From the IMG/VR virus record IMGVR_UViG_3300027631_002940: a stretch of DNA of 20,000 nucleotides; one strand, given 5' to 3'. Shown here piece by piece: positions 16,028 to 20,000 of this stretch (position 1 is its first letter; every line of letters begins with the position of its first letter). This DNA comes from an uncultured virus (IMG/VR IMGVR_UViG_3300027631_002940). Lineage: Duplodnaviria > Heunggongvirae > Uroviricota > Caudoviricetes. The notes under the pieces are model-generated. The model was not told the DNA's origin and did not search any database. It saw nothing but the letters and a program-made list of their open reading frames with translations. A program made the position numbers and the translations under genes.

Positions 16028-16063
16028 AAAAATGGGGAAGATAGAAATATCTTCCCCATTTTT
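16028..16063. terminator. Bidirectional intrinsic terminator
   Basis: aaaaatggggaagata-gaaa-tatcttccccattttt: perfect 16-bp inverted repeat with A/T tracts on both sides, between convergent genes. Confidence 0.92.
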
Positions 16064-16082
16064 AGCTTAGAAAGCAGAGAGA

Positions 16083-16919
16083 TTAGTAACCTCTGCGCTG
16101 TCCTGATGGATATCTTGAAGTCTGAGCTGCCAAAGAAATATTTGGTGTAGCATTTCCAGCTGCAAGAATCTGAGTCATGTCGAGAACTAATCTATTAAAT
16201 TCGAAAGTATTCTTTTCGAACTTCTTTTGAAGATTTCTCATAGAAAGAATAGTTTCGTTTGCGACGAGTGATCTTGCATCGTAATCTGTCTCTGCAACAA
16301 GAGCTGCATAAGCAGTGTCGAATGCAGTACAGGCTGCGACGATCTGATCCTTGACCTTAAGGAAATCTTCCCAGGTTTCGGTAGCGAGTGATGTTGCTGC
16401 AACGCCAACGTTAACGTCAGTAGGATACTTAGCAACTGAATTGTATACAGCAACAGCTGGTAACTCTTCAAATCTTACTGCATCAATACCGAGGGTAAAT
16501 CCAGCAAGAATATTTCTAAGAACGAATACTTTCGCTCCGTTGACAGTACCACCATTGACAGCAACAAACTTGAAGTTGCTAGCTGCAAGTAATTTTGCAG
16601 AAGTGTCAAAGCTGGTATTTCTTGACCATGCACCAGATGCTGCGGTATAGATACCATTGTCAAATGCATTTGTCTGATTTTTTACGAGAACAAAGTTACC
16701 AGCTGAAACAGAAACACCATCGATGGTCTGTGCGCCAGTAAGAGCGATGTTTGCTGTAGTAGCAGCATGAATAGTGGCAGGTGTACCTACTGTACCAGCA
16801 GCAGTAAATGCGACACTGACAGCCTGAGTAAATTTAATTTCTCTCTTATCAGCAACGTTATCAACTGCTCTTGCTCCAGGTGCAATTCCACTGATGAAAC
16901 TAGATGGATAGTTTGGCAT
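16083..16919 (-). CDS. Probable abundant virion structural (decoration/fibre-like) protein
   Basis: AATTANIALTGAQTIDGVSVSAGNFVLVKNQT...NGIY..ASGAWSR module; Ala/Thr/Val-rich; helical C-terminus; AGGAG SD 6 nt upstream; own terminator; visibly more GC-rich than its flanks. Confidence 0.8.
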   Translation of the reverse strand: MPNYPSSFISGIAPGARAVDNVADKREIKFTQAVSVAFTAAGTVGTPATIHAATTANIALTGAQTIDGVSVSAGNFVLVKNQTNAFDNGIYTAASGAWSRNTSFDTSAKLLAASNFKFVAVNGGTVNGAKVFVLRNILAGFTLGIDAVRFEELPAVAVYNSVAKYPTDVNVGVAATSLATETWEDFLKVKDQIVAACTAFDTAYAALVAETDYDARSLVANETILSMRNLQKKFEKNTFEFNRLVLDMTQILAAGNATPNISLAAQTSRYPSGQRRGY

Positions 16920-17090
16920 ATAAATCTCCTATAATTTTCCTTCGAAGAAAAAATTTAGTTTAAAACATTTTTTTGTTTTCTGATAACGTTTTTCTACATC
17001 TATCAGGTTATTTCCTTTTTTCTTGGAACAGGATATATAAACCTTCTTGGAGAATATGCTATCTGTACAATAATCTTTGTAAAACAAAAA

Positions 17091-18605
17091 ATGCTAAAAG
17101 AAAATAACATTTGGTCAGGGTCAAATACATTTTTAAAAAGTGTAGTTTTCCCAAAAAATCAAACATTTCATCTTGATAATCTTGTATCAGATTCTCCAAA
17201 ATCTGGTTCAATGTTATACTACGATGGCTCAAAATATTCTAATATTGAGCCAGGTTCATCCAATTCATCTCTTGTATTACTGGGAGATAAACCTACATGG
17301 ACTTCTATCAATATTTCTAAAGTATCTGGAATATTGCCTATAGAAAATGGCGGTACAGGCTGGACAAACGTACCAAATCCAGGTTTATTATTTATTAACA
17401 AAGATATTATTGAATCTATATCTCCTGTAAATAACAAAGTATTAGCTTATATTAACAATGAATTTACATGGATTTCTTTACCTGAACAAGCAACTATCCA
17501 ATCTATTGAAGTTCCAGACACATCAAATTTTATTACTTTAGATGATATTCCTAAGCAAAAAGATTTCTGGGAAGTTACTAATGGCGGAACAGGTCTCAAA
17601 AATGTAAATAAGGGTGATTTATTATATTCAAATCAAGATAATAAAATCACCGTATTATCAGCGGTTAGTAAAGAGAATTTTATTTTATCTGTAGAAAATG
17701 ATCTCCCAAAATGGATTGAACTAGATGTAAATAAAATCCTCAAAAAACAGATAAAAGATTTCCCAACATTTGAAATAACAGATAAAGTCAAAATTAATAA
17801 TATTGAGATAGCTCGTATAGATTCTGATATTAATGGAACAGCTTTATCTATTAGAGAAATTTTACCAGCTAATTTAGGTGGTACAGGTTTTGATGTTTCT
17901 AATATACCTATGGGATCAATATTATATGCTTCTGAACAATCACATTATAATATCTTGTCTCCTGGGGAAGCTGATTCTGTTTTAATATCTAATGGAGAAA
18001 ATAAAGCTCCATCATATAAAAAGATTAATTTAGAATATGCAGCAGGATCAGGAATTAAGCTATCAGATAAAACATTTTCTTTTGATAATGAAGCTAGCTA
18101 TACTTTTACAAATCCACAAAGTTTTAATCTTATATCTACCAAAATCGCTAAAGCATCAAGAATTATATTAGAAGAAGATACTATAGACAAAAATAATAAT
18201 AGCTTGTTTGTAGATAACAATACATTATTCTTTAGAAGTAATAACAATAACCATAATTTACTTCAAAAACAAGAGATTATACAACCATACATTACATTAC
18301 AAATATTATGTAATACTAACGATTTATCCGCTCCATTTATGATTCCTTACTTGTCAGATCATAAAGAACAATTTAGAGTAAAAAGATTAGATTGGTATAT
18401 TACAGATTACAAAGAATCTATCAACATAAATATAGTTAAAAATGGTATAGATTTATTATCTAATGATATTTTAGTAGATAATAAAACAGGATATATAAAT
18501 AATTTTGGACTATTGGAATTACTGTCTGGAGATTTTATATTTTTCTCAGCATCAGTGGAAAATAAATGGAATCTTTGGATTACTCTTGAAAGGCTATCTG
18601 TATGA
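17091..18605 (+). CDS. Tail-fibre-like repeat protein
   Basis: Three LPxxxGGTG-type repeats (GILPIENGGTG, WEVTNGGTG, ILPANLGGTG), each followed by G.LLY...VL....P.W-like segments; YAAGSGIKLS spacer. Confidence 0.72.
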   Translation: MLKENNIWSGSNTFLKSVVFPKNQTFHLDNLVSDSPKSGSMLYYDGSKYSNIEPGSSNSSLVLLGDKPTWTSINISKVSGILPIENGGTGWTNVPNPGLLFINKDIIESISPVNNKVLAYINNEFTWISLPEQATIQSIEVPDTSNFITLDDIPKQKDFWEVTNGGTGLKNVNKGDLLYSNQDNKITVLSAVSKENFILSVENDLPKWIELDVNKILKKQIKDFPTFEITDKVKINNIEIARIDSDINGTALSIREILPANLGGTGFDVSNIPMGSILYASEQSHYNILSPGEADSVLISNGENKAPSYKKINLEYAAGSGIKLSDKTFSFDNEASYTFTNPQSFNLISTKIAKASRIILEEDTIDKNNNSLFVDNNTLFFRSNNNNHNLLQKQEIIQPYITLQILCNTNDLSAPFMIPYLSDHKEQFRVKRLDWYITDYKESININIVKNGIDLLSNDILVDNKTGYINNFGLLELLSGDFIFFSASVENKWNLWITLERLSV

Positions 18606-20000
18606 GTAATTTCTTTATAATTCCACCTCGTTTGATTGTTGGCTCTACTCCTGGGGTCAATGTAGTAACAAGCTTAAATGGTCTTCGTGGAGATCTAATT
18701 GTAAGTGCTGATACTCTTTCTGGAATCTCAGCATCAGTAAATAATAAAACAATTACCCTTACCATATTGCCAAACTTCTATGTAAAAAAAGCTGGCGATA
18801 CATTTCTTGGTAACCTTGATTTTATTCCTACAGCTGGCAAATATGGTCTTAAACTATTAGCTTCAAATGTAGATCCAACAGAATTTGCTGAAGGCGCTAT
18901 TTATTTTAACACTAACGCAAATGTACTTAAAATTTATTCTGATGGTGCTTGGTTAACATTAGCTCAAACAGGTGCATTAACACAAGTAGATGGAGACCTT
19001 AGATATCTTAAAATAGATGCTAGTAATGGTCCTTTAACAGGCAACTTATCTTTAGGTACTACATTATTAGGTTTAGGACAAAAAAATTCCGATCCGCTTA
19101 CTGGTGTTCCGGGACAGGTCTATTATAATACAACTACAAATTCACCAAGATTATATGATGGTACTGCTTGGACAGGATTTGCTGGTGCTGCGGTTAGTCT
19201 TACATCAGGGAACGGTATTAGTCTTTCTCCATCCACAATTACTTCCAATGGTTCTATATCAGTTAATCTTGGATATAATTTTATTTGGACAGGCTCTCAT
19301 ACACATAACAACGCTATAACATTTGCAGCTGCTCAAAGATTTGATATTACTAAATTAGAAATAACATCTCAAGCTACAGGTGATTTAACATATTATTCTG
19401 GTACTAACTGGACTAGAAGAGCAATTGGTACAGATGGTCAAGTATTATCCGTAGTATCTGGTGTACCTACTTGGAGTACGATTTCAGATGGTAGAATTGG
19501 CACCCCAGCAGATACATCTTATTCTGATGGTTATTTTAGCACATGGACATCGAGTACTACAGTAGCAGATGCATTTGATGATGTTAATGAACTATTATTA
19601 CTATTAGCTCCAACTCAAGGTGGTTTACTTACTGGAGTTAATCTTACATCATCTGGAGTTACGTTCTATTCAGCCAAAGTACCATCCGGATTACCTGCTG
19701 CTTGGTATGGCAATGGTGTTACTGCTGGAAGTACTATTACATCTTATTATGTAACAGGTACATTATCTCTTGTATCACCGTCTCCATCAACTATTTTTAG
19801 AGCTGGTAAACTTAACACTCCATCTAGTTATGGCAATGTTGTTCATAAATTATATACTGTAGCAGCCCCATCTGGAACAGCGGTAGACACTATAGCTTTA
19901 TCTAGTATTGTTTCTACTCCTTCTACAACAGGTTCTTTAACAATTACAGATTTTTCCACTTATAATACAATCTGGAAAAAAGCAAATGCAACAATATCTG
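18602..20000 (+). CDS. Partial (3'-truncated) large tail-fibre/virion structural protein
   Basis: ATG 18602 overlaps the upstream stop (ATGA) and the frame is open to the window end (MSNFFIIPPRLIVGSTPG...). Fibre-type motifs VTSLNGLRGD, YVKKAGDT, GAIYFNT...IYSDGAW, GQVYYNT...YDGTAW, IGTDGQVLSVVSGVPTW. Not in the ORF track. Confidence 0.85.
   Translation, partial: MSNFFIIPPRLIVGSTPGVNVVTSLNGLRGDLIVSADTLSGISASVNNKTITLTILPNFYVKKAGDTFLGNLDFIPTAGKYGLKLLASNVDPTEFAEGAIYFNTNANVLKIYSDGAWLTLAQTGALTQVDGDLRYLKIDASNGPLTGNLSLGTTLLGLGQKNSDPLTGVPGQVYYNTTTNSPRLYDGTAWTGFAGAAVSLTSGNGISLSPSTITSNGSISVNLGYNFIWTGSHTHNNAITFAAAQRFDITKLEITSQATGDLTYYSGTNWTRRAIGTDGQVLSVVSGVPTWSTISDGRIGTPADTSYSDGYFSTWTSSTTVADAFDDVNELLLLLAPTQGGLLTGVNLTSSGVTFYSAKVPSGLPAAWYGNGVTAGSTITSYYVTGTLSLVSPSPSTIFRAGKLNTPSSYGNVVHKLYTVAAPSGTAVDTIALSSIVSTPSTTGSLTITDFSTYNTIWKKANATIS

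Noticed and set aside
16238..19319. Small ORFs 16238..16471, 16351..16650, 16475..16669, 17219..17437, 18580..18765 and 19104..19319
   Set aside because: Alternative-frame or antisense overlaps of longer structural genes, including the partial ORF from 18602.
1..20000. Stop-codon reassignment, CRISPR array, tRNA, intron/intein or transposase
   Set aside because: Genes are full-length and tightly packed under code 11, with TAA, TAG and TGA all apparently used as stops. No repeat-spacer array, cloverleaf, split gene or transposase motif was seen by eye.

Overview
This is an AT-rich, densely coding window that reads as part of a large tailed bacteriophage (jumbo/huge-phage-like) genome under the standard genetic code. 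That assignment is inferred from gene content; no capsid, terminase or portal gene is present. Recognisable genes are a PIN-PhoH (PhoH2-type) protein, a J-domain protein with an intact HPD motif, a RecD2-type SF1B helicase, a divergent ClpX, a Cys-rich/macrodomain fusion, a stand-alone PAS-like protein, a signal-peptide-bearing SLT lytic transglycosylase, and several virion/tail-fibre-like proteins. Two partial ORFs at the window edges (1..618 minus, 18602..20000 plus) are missing from the ORF track. Most notable observations: (1) a sigma70-driven, multi-hairpin ~135-nt RNA leader before the transglycosylase, carrying fragments that resemble the c-di-AMP (ydaO) riboswitch; (2) a short [KR]-x-A-[QSAD] motif, twice as an N-terminal MWYRxA leader, shared by otherwise unrelated proteins and possibly a capsid-targeting or maturation-cleavage tag; (3) a ClpX with an intact motor and ClpP-docking loop but rewritten substrate-recognition loops, near a J-domain protein; (4) a degenerate-macrodomain/PAS/membrane-anchored coiled-coil cluster; (5) several apparently leaderless genes and a possible second promoter class. 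All family assignments come from motifs recognised by eye; no searches were run.
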